DNA of 64,000 nt from a virus (Duplodnaviria; Caudoviricetes): the IMG/VR virus record IMGVR_UViG_3300032038_000003, positions 96,001-160,000 of that record. The stretch is one strand, 5' to 3'. Position numbers and translations under genes: made by a program. Under the pieces are notes generated by a model. It saw nothing but the letters and a program-made list of their open reading frames with translations, searched no databases and was not told the DNA's origin. The stretch's first letter is position 1, and every line of letters begins with the position of its first letter. This document shows positions 19,001-29,166 of the stretch, one piece after another.

Positions 19001-20510
19001 CATAATCAATCCAGTTTTTATTTACTAATCCAGAATAATGACAGTGTGCTCTATAACTTGTTGCTTCTTCTTTTCTGGTAGTAATAGTTCTGGTTACTGA
19101 TTCATGACCAGCTTTTTCTATCCATACGCTATGATAATTAGCTGTAATATTATACAGCATAGTACCTTCAGTTCCACGGTCAGATATAACGTATTTAAAA
19201 CCTAAGACAAAGTGACATGGCGAAGGCTCTAGTTCTTCATGAATTTCATTCTCTGAATCGCCTTCGAACACACTACCGTCACGCAGCATATCTATGGTTT
19301 TATCATTAACAACGAACTGTAAATCTGATAACCAAATAGCTATATCTTTTCCAGCATCAATAGCATCTTGTAAGATTTTTAATACAGTCTGATATGATCC
19401 AGGGGCATTTTCAAGCATAACCATAAAGTCTTCAATTTCTTCATAGCCTTTACCCATATCAGCAAGGTATGAAGTTTCTGGCTTTTGACCACCAAGTTTT
19501 ACATCTTTATCAAAAGTAGGCAGTTGATTTTTATAACTGTCCTGATCATCAGTATGAGTAACATGCCATGGAAAATCATCTGATTGAATGTTAGATATTT
19601 TTCTTTCTTTTGAAATAGAACCGTCTTTAGGTTCTACGTCGTATTTAACTGGCTCATATTCCAGTTTATCAAAATATAAAAATCCAACTGGTTTAGATGA
19701 ACTAATAATATCTGGATTGTTGATAAATTGTTCGTTAGAACCATCCCATTGGTTCGTAAGATTATTTACAAAGTTTGCAATCCTGTTATTAGTATTTGTT
19801 GTTGGCATACCAGAACCGCTACACTTTAATTTGGTTGGAGTGATTTCGATACGTGCGGGCCAGCAATAATCTTCGCCTGCCATTGGATTTGGTACGTTAG
19901 TCCACGGACCATTATTCATATCATTTGAATTAAGATATGTACCAAAGATTTCATGGTAATTAAGCTCGAAGTTATTAATCGTATAATCCAGCTCTTCAGT
20001 AATAGAAGCGTCTTTTGTTGTATATGTTTCGTATTGAGCAGTATCAAGATATAAATGACCTTTATATCCATCTGCATCTGCATATTCTATTACTTTGTCT
20101 TCATCACCCTTTTTAGAAACGATCTGGACATTATCATACGTAACTTCTTTCTGATTTACGTGTTGTTCTGGATACCAACGAACAGTATTTTCTTGTCTTG
20201 TAAGACGACCATAATATCCTTCTTCGTCTGAATGATAAATGTATTTAGGTAAATATAAATCAGTAGTAGGCTCTTCACCATTAGGACCAGAAGCTACGTC
20301 TGTTACGGTTAACCATTGTGTTTCAATTCTATGATCAATGGTCTGGCGTGGAGGATCACTCGCTAAGATTTTTTCTGAATCTGTAGCAGTTGGATTAAAA
20401 TAATATGCAAGATTTACAGCATTTTGAGGAACCTTCTTTCCTATACGGAGAGAAGGTTCCTTGTCATATCCTGTAACTGTATCTTTGAAAGGTTTCGTAG
20501 CTTTGAACAT
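16080..20510 (-). CDS. Large baseplate/tail structural protein (1476 aa)
   Basis: C-terminal DSRTRGGG...DIGYYDGKPYQENGVIIVRL, recalled from large Firmicute myophage baseplate proteins. Carries an inserted module shared with the 918-aa fibre. Confidence 0.65.
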   Translation of the reverse strand: MFKATKPFKDTVTGYDKEPSLRIGKKVPQNAVNLAYYFNPTATDSEKILASDPPRQTIDHRIETQWLTVTDVASGPNGEEPTTDLYLPKYIYHSDEEGYYGRLTRQENTVRWYPEQHVNQKEVTYDNVQIVSKKGDEDKVIEYADADGYKGHLYLDTAQYETYTTKDASITEELDYTINNFELNYHEIFGTYLNSNDMNNGPWTNVPNPMAGEDYCWPARIEITPTKLKCSGSGMPTTNTNNRIANFVNNLTNQWDGSNEQFINNPDIISSSKPVGFLYFDKLEYEPVKYDVEPKDGSISKERKISNIQSDDFPWHVTHTDDQDSYKNQLPTFDKDVKLGGQKPETSYLADMGKGYEEIEDFMVMLENAPGSYQTVLKILQDAIDAGKDIAIWLSDLQFVVNDKTIDMLRDGSVFEGDSENEIHEELEPSPCHFVLGFKYVISDRGTEGTMLYNITANYHSVWIEKAGHESVTRTITTRKEEATSYRAHCHYSGLVNKNWIDYDGIAFYMGSVTKGNSVGNQNADEDNEIVMFPDQDGYLRQIVEGLKTETDKDNRPTYSVEYRSYYRLEADTVYVTDIFKDGEGCFYKYRLKQPIYDYRGPDENGMYKGDAVQIYTSMLKDVPENYKHNMKLSVAEYTEQTTYDQYNKPTTKLIPKCYYADLFTNFVSSSTDTFKVVYNGFNDIDDDNKVLNNGIEEDIYNAPYMVEGVDYRLCKVNRKTRLSYIQILNYMPLKDERYRVTFEWQVMAVDKDNNKVFYSEIRQSSILNKDYCIPCEYKDFEGRGMIISPKLNGDSVPCSPKQLCMNDQADYQSADDDYEPVISDTADTFVYSVIIHNINNAGSVNIKCNPDGSGFITAETTIDTGFYDIVHAAYTKKLDMENPYWTDGKYIYQGYKVKCIDSRNIRVKAPREEKLLESWYPMIQFGHFSRIMDQYGAHTKVCYSMPEYDTQHYSTTYGQPYVDIENEQVTILNPHMIKTLCYPLHVLYDENYKLLTMHVFKKIDDELFELTVENVSFTDGVVIIKEAISENDKIIANYTYLEENYHYRGYWRDAADFVRIDLNPNIYHTYNNPNYLPSEVSPSKNLFNKVIYFFLKPTGIYEISADADSLYYGKDGVTATEVTKTRTVKQPKYKTETKRWVEKQYSPDMDISEVVTKYSEFSPDWKEVLSFTVNENEIEYNGPFNMTMGTGHWDGFQIQILESEDDFPEVWTTLYTAPADGHTHTMNPYTFSIDEVIFLPGRTYRILTKECSAGGQDADKFVYTFNIASPLKVNIVTRTPRETTETLLDGFEDVEEEYTGTEITPVDEVSKVISENENCLYHQIDNAEPAADEDMLIGSVYIRQDTSLHSTIITDSRTRGGGVLEAMSDSLRHELEPESDFYLDIGYYDGKPYQENGVIIVRLDNRILKEYGGRFTTADVEQKVKRWLGAGIYPIIEFVDSYKKEDLPQYTLEIQDNYTNVIDITPEIFLECVAV

Positions 20511-20520
20511 TTGACTACTC

Positions 20521-23500
20521 CTATTCGTTAATGATTTCTACAGAAGCTTCAATTACTTTGCCATCGCTTGCAGTAGTACGTGCAGTCAGTACATCGATAC
20601 AAGGCTCAACAGCGGATTCATATAATACATGAATAACACCATTAATATCAGTAAGATGTTTAGCGTCGGTATTATCAAAATTAAGAATACCACTATCGCA
20701 GTCGATATCAATATCTTTAGCAATGACTGGATTACCTTCGTAATCAAGGCATTCTATTGATACATCTATTTTATCATACCCTCCAGATTTAATGTACTTT
20801 GGATTTCTGTAGATATTAATTGTATAAGGCTCATTATGTTCATCAGTTAAGTAAATAAATCCTTTATAGTCAGTTCTATAAACTGGATTAAGACTAAGAT
20901 TAGTAGCAATAAACTTATTATTAGTCTTATTGGTTTCAAAGTACACTTTGTATTTATGCTTCAGAGTCTGTATCTGCTCTTCAACGGTAATTGTACGATC
21001 AACACGAGCAACTAATTCTGGAGATACAAAGTAAGTATCTTTTTGTGATCTTACACAGAAACCATAACAAACAGCTTGTGTAAATATGTCCAGGCGGTCT
21101 GATGATGTAAGATCAACGGTTAACGTTGAATCATCGTTCCATACATTTGGATTATTCCATTCAGAAATTTTACATTGTACTTGAGAACCATTCTTGGCTA
21201 CACCGATTTTGATACCATTAACCATATCATTCCAGTTTACATATCCATCGTGTTCAATGGTTTTATTAGTAATAACCAATGCATCGTCACGTCCATAATC
21301 AAGAACGATTGCTGTATTACATCTATTAAATGTATAATCGTCTGCTAAAGAAATTAAATAGCTTAATGTATGATATGCACCACCAGAGTCTTTAGCATAA
21401 CCAATGACAAAACCTATAATGTCTTGATCAGCATCTGTTGAATATGCTATGACACTCATTGAATAACTAGTTACTGGAACAAGATTATTAATAATAATCG
21501 AGAACTCGTCTAAGTTATATGAGTAATATATAGCGTCAAGCCCAGCATCATATTTCCAGTTTACATCTGATATTGTAGAGTTCTTATTGATTGCCTGTTT
21601 AAAACCGTTAGCATAAATCTGTCCTAAATGACATTCTGTATAAGTATGAGTATCTACGATAGGAACAAGATTTTGTATTTCTTCTCTCTTTGCAACCTCA
21701 GAATCGTAGTCACTGTAAATTGTCATTTGAGTCTTATCTTTTTCGTAATCTATTTCTGTATAGAAAGAATTTAAAATATTGTATTTAACTTGAATTTTAT
21801 CGTTTATTTTTGGATTTATATCAAAAATAATCAGATTATTTACAATTTTAAAGCTTTCAAACGGTTCTTCATTTAATGTAAGAGTTAATGTTTTGATGTC
21901 AAAATCGTTACGAGAAAGCTTAATGTAGTGCTGATCGTCCGCATTTAAAATCTCAAAGTTTTCTGTTTTTTGCATTGTGACAGGATCAACATCAAATACC
22001 TCTCTATAAGAAATACCATCAGCGTCTTCCATTGTAATTGGACAGTATTGCTGAGGAGTACCTTTTGTAATAGATAAGACATCAAGTGTTTTAACTGGAT
22101 CCATATTTGCAAAGATATATGGTGTATATTTTACAGAGATTTCTGTTTCAAAATCTGCTGTTGCAAATATAGGAGTATTTAACGAGCTAACACTTGGGTA
22201 TTCATTTTTAGTAGACTCTTCGTAGTTTAAGTGAATATTATGTTCTGTTGAATTGATTTTTACATAATGAATTTCATTATCTTTGAATCCTTTAGCTTTA
22301 ATATCTCCAGAAATAATATCATAAACCGAAGGGAATATTCTGTGTGATTTACCATCTGTAGTAATTTCAAACGACTGTATTTCTTGGAAAGAGTCATATG
22401 TATCAACTGGAACATAATCTCCAGTCATTTGAATTTGCTCAATATATGGTAATAACACATCGCTTTCTTTAGTTAATAATTTCTTATGAAGCCAATAAAC
22501 TTTTTCACCATAAGGAATTACTATTCTGTATCTAAAGAATCTCGTAGTAAGTGTAGCAGTACCATTTACTCTGGTCCATGTAACATTCTCAAGTAACAAC
22601 TTGTCTTTATTATAGTTTTCTGTAGCAACATATAATTCACAATTTTTGTTAATATTAGAAGCAAATATATCAACGCTAATAGTAGATACACAACCAAAAT
22701 CAATTATCTTTGAATTAAATATACCGTCTGATTCGTAAGGACCAGCCTGTAAATGATCAGTAATAGTAACACAGTTTGTATGGTTTTGAGTGTCACCGTC
22801 ATCTACCCAATCAAGGTAACAGCATAAGTAATCTTCAATGGTTTTATCATGGTGTGTTACACTTGCTGCAATAGTAAACTGTACTTGATATGCACAGCTT
22901 AATGGTACATTTGGTACTGAATCATTTGCAAATTCTTTCCAATCAGACCATTGACCTTCTTCAATGTCATAACTTCTTACTTGCATAGGTGGCAATTCAG
23001 AACCATCTTCAAAGTGACAATCAACTCTTAATTTACCAGCAGAGGTAAGAGTATTAGGGAATAAGATAACTGGTGATGTATAAACATGTGCAGTATATTC
23101 TTTATAGAATTCACCATCTATCTTAGGCTGAATTGTTAATCCCTTACCGTTAACCCATACAAACTCTTTTTCGTTTTGCATGAGTTCTGAACGAGTATTT
23201 TTAACAATATCGTAATGCTCTGGATCTCCAGCTTTACGAAGTAAATCAACATCAATAGTCATATAGCCATTGATTGTCTTAAAGTTTTCTTCGTTATATT
23301 CTTCAAAATCGGCTTCTACATCAAATTCAGAATAAGCATAATACTCATGCTGATTGAGATAATAATATCCGTTATGAATTCGTGGAGACCATTTTGTTGT
23401 TGCATTTACTACACCTTTAAAGTTAGCACCAAATTCTGCTTTGCCATTTTCATCAAATGCTACTTCAGATGGATAATTAAGAGCAAGTACATCTGAGTTA

Positions 23501-26500
23501 TCTGAGAATAATTCGATATAATAATGGTCGTATGGATATCTTGTTAATGGTTTAGTAAGTTCAAAGTGTTGTAATGTAGTCTTATTATCAAACAGTTCAA
23601 TAGGTTTGCTTGTGACTGTTTGCAGAAGTTCATTATATACGACATCCTTATATGTAAGGCTATCAGAACTAAACGTTACATAATCGCCGTTAACATTAGT
23701 AATACTATCTTTTTCAGACGATGGATGCTCCCATTTGTAAGCAACTAAAGCTGTATCTGGATAAAATTCAGTAATCATGATATAGATTTTAATATTTTTA
23801 GCATCTATTGTAGTAGGAAGATTAAATTCTGGTGTTACTACTCGTAAATCTTTTTTACCAGATTTATTGCTTTCTCTATATCTACCGTTTACATTTCCAT
23901 AAAAACTATCCATACCAGGATTAGGCTTTTCGTCATAGTATGGTCTTGTTTCATAATGAGGTTTAGCTTGGAACCAAATGTAATCATCAATATAGTCGTC
24001 TCTAAAGTACGTTTGTCCTTCTATTTCTTGCGATGTCAAATAGAAAGGAGAAAATCTTGTTGCAATTGGATCATCACCAAATGAACCAATATATTGTGTA
24101 TTTGATCCGCTTATTTGATTTTCGTCCTGTATAAAGATATTTTTTGCATAATATATATGTACGAATACGATATTTTTATAAGGACTGAATGGATCACAGT
24201 CTGGTAATAATTCATAATAGTTTGTATAAGCATCTGGATCTTCGTAATTAAATCTATAATTTAAGATTGGAGATGTATAATGCTCGTCGTTATGAGCTAT
24301 AACATCTTGAGCTAATATTTCAATAACTGGATATGTTACGCCTCGAACAAATTTATTAGTATCTACTCCAGGATCAAGAATATTATCATTATCTGTATCT
24401 ATACTAACGTTTGGTGTATCAGCATTATCGTCATGGTTATATGTTGTACCAACTGGTAAAAATAATGTCCAATCACCAGTCTTTTTTAATGTATCGCTGC
24501 CAGTAATATAAATATCTTTATCTTTATCAACGATATCAACAACATGTTTAATAACGTTAGGGTCACCAGTATATGGAATATCATGGAGTCCAGTAGATAT
24601 TCTTGTCTTTCTATTCCACAAATATCCTTTGTAATCACCGCTAGGAGAAATTAATATTTCAGTCTGATGATCTCTTGGGTCATTATGACTAGGTTCGTTA
24701 TTAGAAGCATTTAATTCAAATGATCCAATACGTTCGCCGTCATATATAATTGCATCTGTATAACCAGATAACCATACATATTTGTCTTCTCCAACAGCAT
24801 AAATATCATCACCAAAAGCAGATGTGTCTAATTTATTAATGTCCGCATAGACATTAATAGATCCAACATATCCGTCTTCCAGTCCGTCATCTGAAAAGTC
24901 TACATCTGGAACTTTATCTTCGTCGGCGTATTTATATGTATCTTTAATGATAAGACCACGGATAATGTAATTACCCTGTTTCTGTTTCTTTTCTTCGTCA
25001 GTATATGCTTCAACAAGTTGATTATATCCTTGTTGCCAGACAGTTGTATTCTTAACTTCTTCAAGAATCATTTCTTGAATACTACGACTATCTACTTGAA
25101 TCGCTTCTTGTCTGATAACAGCGTCTTGATCAAAATTTCTATCGACTATAATAGAGTCCGAAGGAATAATAGCACGTTGTTCATTACGAGCATATACAAT
25201 TGGAGTAACGGTATCATTAAGCGTAATTGTCCATGGATCTTCATCTTTAGGTGGGAAGTATACTCTTGCCCATTTACATTCATCAATATCCCAGTCTGCG
25301 GTAAGATTGATTTCTTCTCCAGTATCTTCCCAGCCTTCGAATTCCCATCCGTCTGGCTCTTCGTGATATGGTTCATCTGTACGGTTACCATCTGGATCAA
25401 GATAGTAATCTTCTCCAGCTATTGTTTCTTGAAGTTTATCTAAAAACTTTTTAAAGGCAGCACTTAAAGAAGCACCATCAGTCCAAGATGATACTTCATT
25501 ACCAACATATCCAGCAATAAGGCTCATATAATCAGCTGAGAACGTTTGAGTTGGAGAACCACTGGAAATACCTTCATTAATCTTATATACACACGCTAAA
25601 ATATAATCACATGCAGCTTTAATAGAATCACCTTTTTCCTGTATATAATTCGCAACACCAAAATTACTATCAGCAGTGAAATTATATCCAGCCAAAGAAC
25701 CATTAGTTGTATTAGCTCCACCGTCTGAGAAGAAGAAGACAGCAGAATGTTCTTGAACAAGATAATTCTGTGCAAGATCCAAACCACAACCCCATTCTGT
25801 ACAAGTTAATGCTCTATAGTCTAACTCAGGTACACATGAGGATTTAAAAGTCTCAGCATCAACATTTGTAGGTCCAACAGTCCATGCTTGTTCATCAAAC
25901 GCAATTAACGTATAGTCAATTACACCAGCACCTTTTGCAGCCTCAATTAAATCAACAAAATTATTGATTTCGTTTCTAACGTAAGGAACACCTTCCATAC
26001 CAAGAGCAGAAATCATACCAGGTGTTTCATATTTACCTTCTTGTGATGATTTAGTAACGTCAACAACAAAAACAATTGAAACTGGACTAAATTTTAACTC
26101 TGGTTCAATATGTACTGGTGTATTAGGAACTTTCTTTGTTTTCTTTTTCCATTTAGGATGTTCAAGAGGACATGTAATATCTTCGCTGTCATCTTTCTTT
26201 TTCTTAACTAAGACATCTGCTCTCATACGAGCACATACAGTAACTGGTTGAGAAGCGTACATATAATCTTTAATAGAAATGTTTTCTCTTGGATAAACAT
26301 CTATATCAAAAGTTACTTCGCCCTTTTGTTCTTCTACTGTCTCTATTGATTCGAGACATACTTTATAGTTGAATCCAACGGAGTCATAACGTTTCTCTCT
26401 TTGAGTACGAGAACCTCTTAATTGGATATAAGCCTTGAATTTCTGATAAAAATCAGCATCCATCTGCTTATATACTTTTAAATCGTTATAGTCGCCAACA

Positions 26501-27243
26501 CCAGAATGAAAAGCTTCAAGGTTTTCTTGGATAATTTCACGTTCTGAATCGTCAGATGTATAATCATAATTCTTAGGAATTTCGTATTGTTCAAGAGATT
26601 GGTCAATTGGAGCTGTTGCTGTTCTAACTGTTGTTGCATGAGAAGGACCAGATGTTTGTTCGCTGTTATAAGCGATTAAACGTCTGGTATATGTTGTATC
26701 TGATTCAAGACCAGTTTCGGTATAATTATTTCTGCCAATAGGAATTTGAGCAATGATTTTATCTTGTTGGTTTTCATCATCGACATCAATTGCTTCAGAC
26801 ACAAGATAATGAGCTTGTCCATCATCTTCCCATGACCATATAATAGTATTGTTATCGTATGCCTTTCCGATTAACTCTGGAGCCTTTAAAGGATCATATT
26901 TCGGATAAACATAGCAATTGATATTTGGCTCAAGAGAGATTTGATTAGAATCATCACCATCTCCAGGCTCGAAAAATACATCAACTCTATCTGTAAGAGA
27001 ATTGATATTAAATTCGTCAATATCTATATTGTTAATAGTAAGTGCATGAATTCTGCAATACTTATTGATTTCTTTTTTGAACAACGTAAACATCTGTACG
27101 TTTGTAGCTATCTTATGATAGTTATCGTACAGATCAGTATCGGATAATCCATCTATATCAAAACTGAAATCTTTTTGAAAGGTTTCAGTTTCATTATTTG
27201 TAAGATTGATTATTGTAAGAATAATTTCATATGCTATCGTCAT
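20521..27243 (-). CDS. Giant baseplate appendage (2240 aa): FN3, vWA, thrombospondin-C/L-lectin-like and C-terminal Ig-like domains
   Basis: FN3: IIWSW...YTETGLESDTTYTRRLIAYN. vWA: IVFVVDVTKSS...LIAFD...TEWGCGL...FFSDG. Lectin-like: DADQDIIGFVIGY. Ig-like: LDYEGNPV...TDINGVI. Confidence 0.75.
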   Translation of the reverse strand: MTIAYEIILTIINLTNNETETFQKDFSFDIDGLSDTDLYDNYHKIATNVQMFTLFKKEINKYCRIHALTINNIDIDEFNINSLTDRVDVFFEPGDGDDSNQISLEPNINCYVYPKYDPLKAPELIGKAYDNNTIIWSWEDDGQAHYLVSEAIDVDDENQQDKIIAQIPIGRNNYTETGLESDTTYTRRLIAYNSEQTSGPSHATTVRTATAPIDQSLEQYEIPKNYDYTSDDSEREIIQENLEAFHSGVGDYNDLKVYKQMDADFYQKFKAYIQLRGSRTQREKRYDSVGFNYKVCLESIETVEEQKGEVTFDIDVYPRENISIKDYMYASQPVTVCARMRADVLVKKKKDDSEDITCPLEHPKWKKKTKKVPNTPVHIEPELKFSPVSIVFVVDVTKSSQEGKYETPGMISALGMEGVPYVRNEINNFVDLIEAAKGAGVIDYTLIAFDEQAWTVGPTNVDAETFKSSCVPELDYRALTCTEWGCGLDLAQNYLVQEHSAVFFFSDGGANTTNGSLAGYNFTADSNFGVANYIQEKGDSIKAACDYILACVYKINEGISSGSPTQTFSADYMSLIAGYVGNEVSSWTDGASLSAAFKKFLDKLQETIAGEDYYLDPDGNRTDEPYHEEPDGWEFEGWEDTGEEINLTADWDIDECKWARVYFPPKDEDPWTITLNDTVTPIVYARNEQRAIIPSDSIIVDRNFDQDAVIRQEAIQVDSRSIQEMILEEVKNTTVWQQGYNQLVEAYTDEEKKQKQGNYIIRGLIIKDTYKYADEDKVPDVDFSDDGLEDGYVGSINVYADINKLDTSAFGDDIYAVGEDKYVWLSGYTDAIIYDGERIGSFELNASNNEPSHNDPRDHQTEILISPSGDYKGYLWNRKTRISTGLHDIPYTGDPNVIKHVVDIVDKDKDIYITGSDTLKKTGDWTLFLPVGTTYNHDDNADTPNVSIDTDNDNILDPGVDTNKFVRGVTYPVIEILAQDVIAHNDEHYTSPILNYRFNYEDPDAYTNYYELLPDCDPFSPYKNIVFVHIYYAKNIFIQDENQISGSNTQYIGSFGDDPIATRFSPFYLTSQEIEGQTYFRDDYIDDYIWFQAKPHYETRPYYDEKPNPGMDSFYGNVNGRYRESNKSGKKDLRVVTPEFNLPTTIDAKNIKIYIMITEFYPDTALVAYKWEHPSSEKDSITNVNGDYVTFSSDSLTYKDVVYNELLQTVTSKPIELFDNKTTLQHFELTKPLTRYPYDHYYIELFSDNSDVLALNYPSEVAFDENGKAEFGANFKGVVNATTKWSPRIHNGYYYLNQHEYYAYSEFDVEADFEEYNEENFKTINGYMTIDVDLLRKAGDPEHYDIVKNTRSELMQNEKEFVWVNGKGLTIQPKIDGEFYKEYTAHVYTSPVILFPNTLTSAGKLRVDCHFEDGSELPPMQVRSYDIEEGQWSDWKEFANDSVPNVPLSCAYQVQFTIAASVTHHDKTIEDYLCCYLDWVDDGDTQNHTNCVTITDHLQAGPYESDGIFNSKIIDFGCVSTISVDIFASNINKNCELYVATENYNKDKLLLENVTWTRVNGTATLTTRFFRYRIVIPYGEKVYWLHKKLLTKESDVLLPYIEQIQMTGDYVPVDTYDSFQEIQSFEITTDGKSHRIFPSVYDIISGDIKAKGFKDNEIHYVKINSTEHNIHLNYEESTKNEYPSVSSLNTPIFATADFETEISVKYTPYIFANMDPVKTLDVLSITKGTPQQYCPITMEDADGISYREVFDVDPVTMQKTENFEILNADDQHYIKLSRNDFDIKTLTLTLNEEPFESFKIVNNLIIFDINPKINDKIQVKYNILNSFYTEIDYEKDKTQMTIYSDYDSEVAKREEIQNLVPIVDTHTYTECHLGQIYANGFKQAINKNSTISDVNWKYDAGLDAIYYSYNLDEFSIIINNLVPVTSYSMSVIAYSTDADQDIIGFVIGYAKDSGGAYHTLSYLISLADDYTFNRCNTAIVLDYGRDDALVITNKTIEHDGYVNWNDMVNGIKIGVAKNGSQVQCKISEWNNPNVWNDDSTLTVDLTSSDRLDIFTQAVCYGFCVRSQKDTYFVSPELVARVDRTITVEEQIQTLKHKYKVYFETNKTNNKFIATNLSLNPVYRTDYKGFIYLTDEHNEPYTINIYRNPKYIKSGGYDKIDVSIECLDYEGNPVIAKDIDIDCDSGILNFDNTDAKHLTDINGVIHVLYESAVEPCIDVLTARTTASDGKVIEASVEIINE

Positions 27244-27291
27244 CTTAATTCTCCTATCAGAAAGATTTTCTGATATTATTATATAATTATA

Positions 27292-27322
27292 AAGGGCTAA
27301 TTAAAAGTATTAATTAGCCCTT
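27292..27322 (-). terminator. Perfect 13-bp inverted repeat, probable intrinsic terminator after 27341-27703
   Basis: aagggctaattaa-N5-ttaattagccctt, followed on the minus strand by an AT-rich tract. Confidence 0.6.
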
Positions 27323-27340
27323 GCAATCTTTTGTAGGGAA

Positions 27341-27703
27341 TTAGAATACTTCGAAATCCCATTGAGTATTAACATACATGTCTTCATGAATTTTATAAAA
27401 CTTACCATTCGGATAGCTATCAACAACTTCCTCTACGTAAAGCATTGTGCCTTTTGGAATGATGCCAGCAACGTTATTATTAACATTAGGAACTTTAAGA
27501 TACGGAGTATCTTTTTTGCAATAAAGTTTAGTCATGTTTTCACGTTGTTTAGCTTTCTCTAATGCTTCTTGTGCAGCTTTAGCTTTTAACTCTGCTAATG
27601 GATCTTCGACAGTAGCCTGTTCTTCTACTTTTTTCTCCTCTTTGGTTTCAACTTCTTTTTCTAATACTTCCTCTTGGACAGTATCTTTCTTTGCTCTTGC
27701 CAT
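27341..27703 (-). CDS. Small protein with charged N-terminus and C-terminal SH3b-like domain
   Basis: YLKVPNVNNNVAGIIPKGTMLYVEE...FYKI...YV fits an SH3b pattern. AGGAGG RBS. Confidence 0.6.
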   Translation of the reverse strand: MARAKKDTVQEEVLEKEVETKEEKKVEEQATVEDPLAELKAKAAQEALEKAKQRENMTKLYCKKDTPYLKVPNVNNNVAGIIPKGTMLYVEEVVDSYPNGKFYKIHEDMYVNTQWDFEVF

Positions 27704-27708
27704 TGGTA

Positions 27709-29166
27709 TTATTCCTCCTTTTCTTTTTCAAGATGTTGTTTTATAAGCATAGCATCTATTGCTCTTCGATATAAACATGTAATGAACCATTCAGTGTCAC
27801 ATCTGGCAGATAGTCCAGTAAGCTTTGGAGCGTATAATTTATATCGACCATAATGACCAGTATCTTTTATACGGTTTAGTATTTTGCCCCAATTGAAATA
27901 TCTATTGCCAGCAATTTGACATGCTTCATCGAAGTCTTCTGTAACGTCAATAACAGAATGCGTATTTGGGTCATAGTAGAGCATTTCAAAATCGTGCTCT
28001 GGATAAACTGTTTCTTCATAACCCATAATAGCAACTTTATCGGAAATAGTCCAGTTATTATATCTGTAACGAACTGTAAACCAATTAGCACCAGTATGAT
28101 GTATAGCGAAATCTAATGGATCTATTTGACAATGATCAAATGGGATCATTTCACGATTATGATTAGGATAATATAAGTAAATTCTAAAATTGCCTGGTAT
28201 GAATTTTTCTCCAACTCTTACAGGTTCGCCTTCATACCATGCATCAAGACGACAATTTGCTGATAGCCATAAAAATGGCACTTTTACTTTACATCTTAAA
28301 TCGTTCCTCATAATTTCGAATAATCCAAGATTAGTATTAGTGATTTGAGGAAAAGTTACAAATTCCCATTCTTCATTTGTTAAGAAGCGTCTTTTTTCTT
28401 CGTATCCATCAAAAGTAATTAACGATACTAAGATTTCACTTTTAGATACCAAATTATTTAGCTGTTTTTCTTGTATTTTGTCAGCTTTACCATCACCATC
28501 AAGATCAATTGCAATGCCAACATAAGTAGCTTCTATGCGAAGCTCCTGTTCTTTACCATAGACTGTAATAGGTGCTGTCCATGTTTGATCAAGAATGGGA
28601 TCATAATATGAAACTTCAATCGTATTAGCATCTACATGTTCTATGGTTTGCGGAGTAATAATATAATTGTCATAAACTTCACTTTCTAAAGTAAATCGTG
28701 CAGTTGTATTATTAGACTTTGTAACTAATACTTGAACGTATTTTCTTGGAATGACATCGTTTACTGCTACTAATTGATTCGAAATATAAGTAGCTTTAAA
28801 GTCTGTAATAAACGGTTCAAATGGAATGATTAAATTATCACAGACATGATAGCAAGTATATTTACTTGGATCAGCCATTTGTGATATATCAATGGTATCG
28901 TCGTATTCGGATACCATATATATATCAATACTAATGCGGCAACGTCCACTAAAATGGAACTCTATACGACCGTCTTTATCAGAATATATCGTATGTCCAT
29001 TATTTAAGTCTGGAACTGTGTCATCATACGTAATATCATAAACAGCGTATACTTGTTTATTGCTGATACGGATATTGTTATCATCATAAGCCAGGATTGT
29101 AGCAATAAATGAATTAAGCTGAGTTTTCCATGTTGATATATCTGGTTGAAGGTAAAATTTACTCAT
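27709..29166 (-). CDS. Structural protein with about 3 bacterial Ig-like repeats (485 aa)
   Basis: Repeats FKATYI...VQVLVTKSN, IEATYVG...ILVSLITFDG and LDAWYEG...FRIYLYYPN. Also an EF-hand-like DLDGDGKAD loop. Confidence 0.6.
   Translation of the reverse strand: MSKFYLQPDISTWKTQLNSFIATILAYDDNNIRISNKQVYAVYDITYDDTVPDLNNGHTIYSDKDGRIEFHFSGRCRISIDIYMVSEYDDTIDISQMADPSKYTCYHVCDNLIIPFEPFITDFKATYISNQLVAVNDVIPRKYVQVLVTKSNNTTARFTLESEVYDNYIITPQTIEHVDANTIEVSYYDPILDQTWTAPITVYGKEQELRIEATYVGIAIDLDGDGKADKIQEKQLNNLVSKSEILVSLITFDGYEEKRRFLTNEEWEFVTFPQITNTNLGLFEIMRNDLRCKVKVPFLWLSANCRLDAWYEGEPVRVGEKFIPGNFRIYLYYPNHNREMIPFDHCQIDPLDFAIHHTGANWFTVRYRYNNWTISDKVAIMGYEETVYPEHDFEMLYYDPNTHSVIDVTEDFDEACQIAGNRYFNWGKILNRIKDTGHYGRYKLYAPKLTGLSARCDTEWFITCLYRRAIDAMLIKQHLEKEKEE

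Noticed and set aside
28480-28506. DLDGDGKAD as a second polymerase DxDGD motif
   Set aside because: It fits a DxDxDG calcium-binding loop inside an Ig-repeat protein and lacks the upstream R-x-P and other RNAP motifs.
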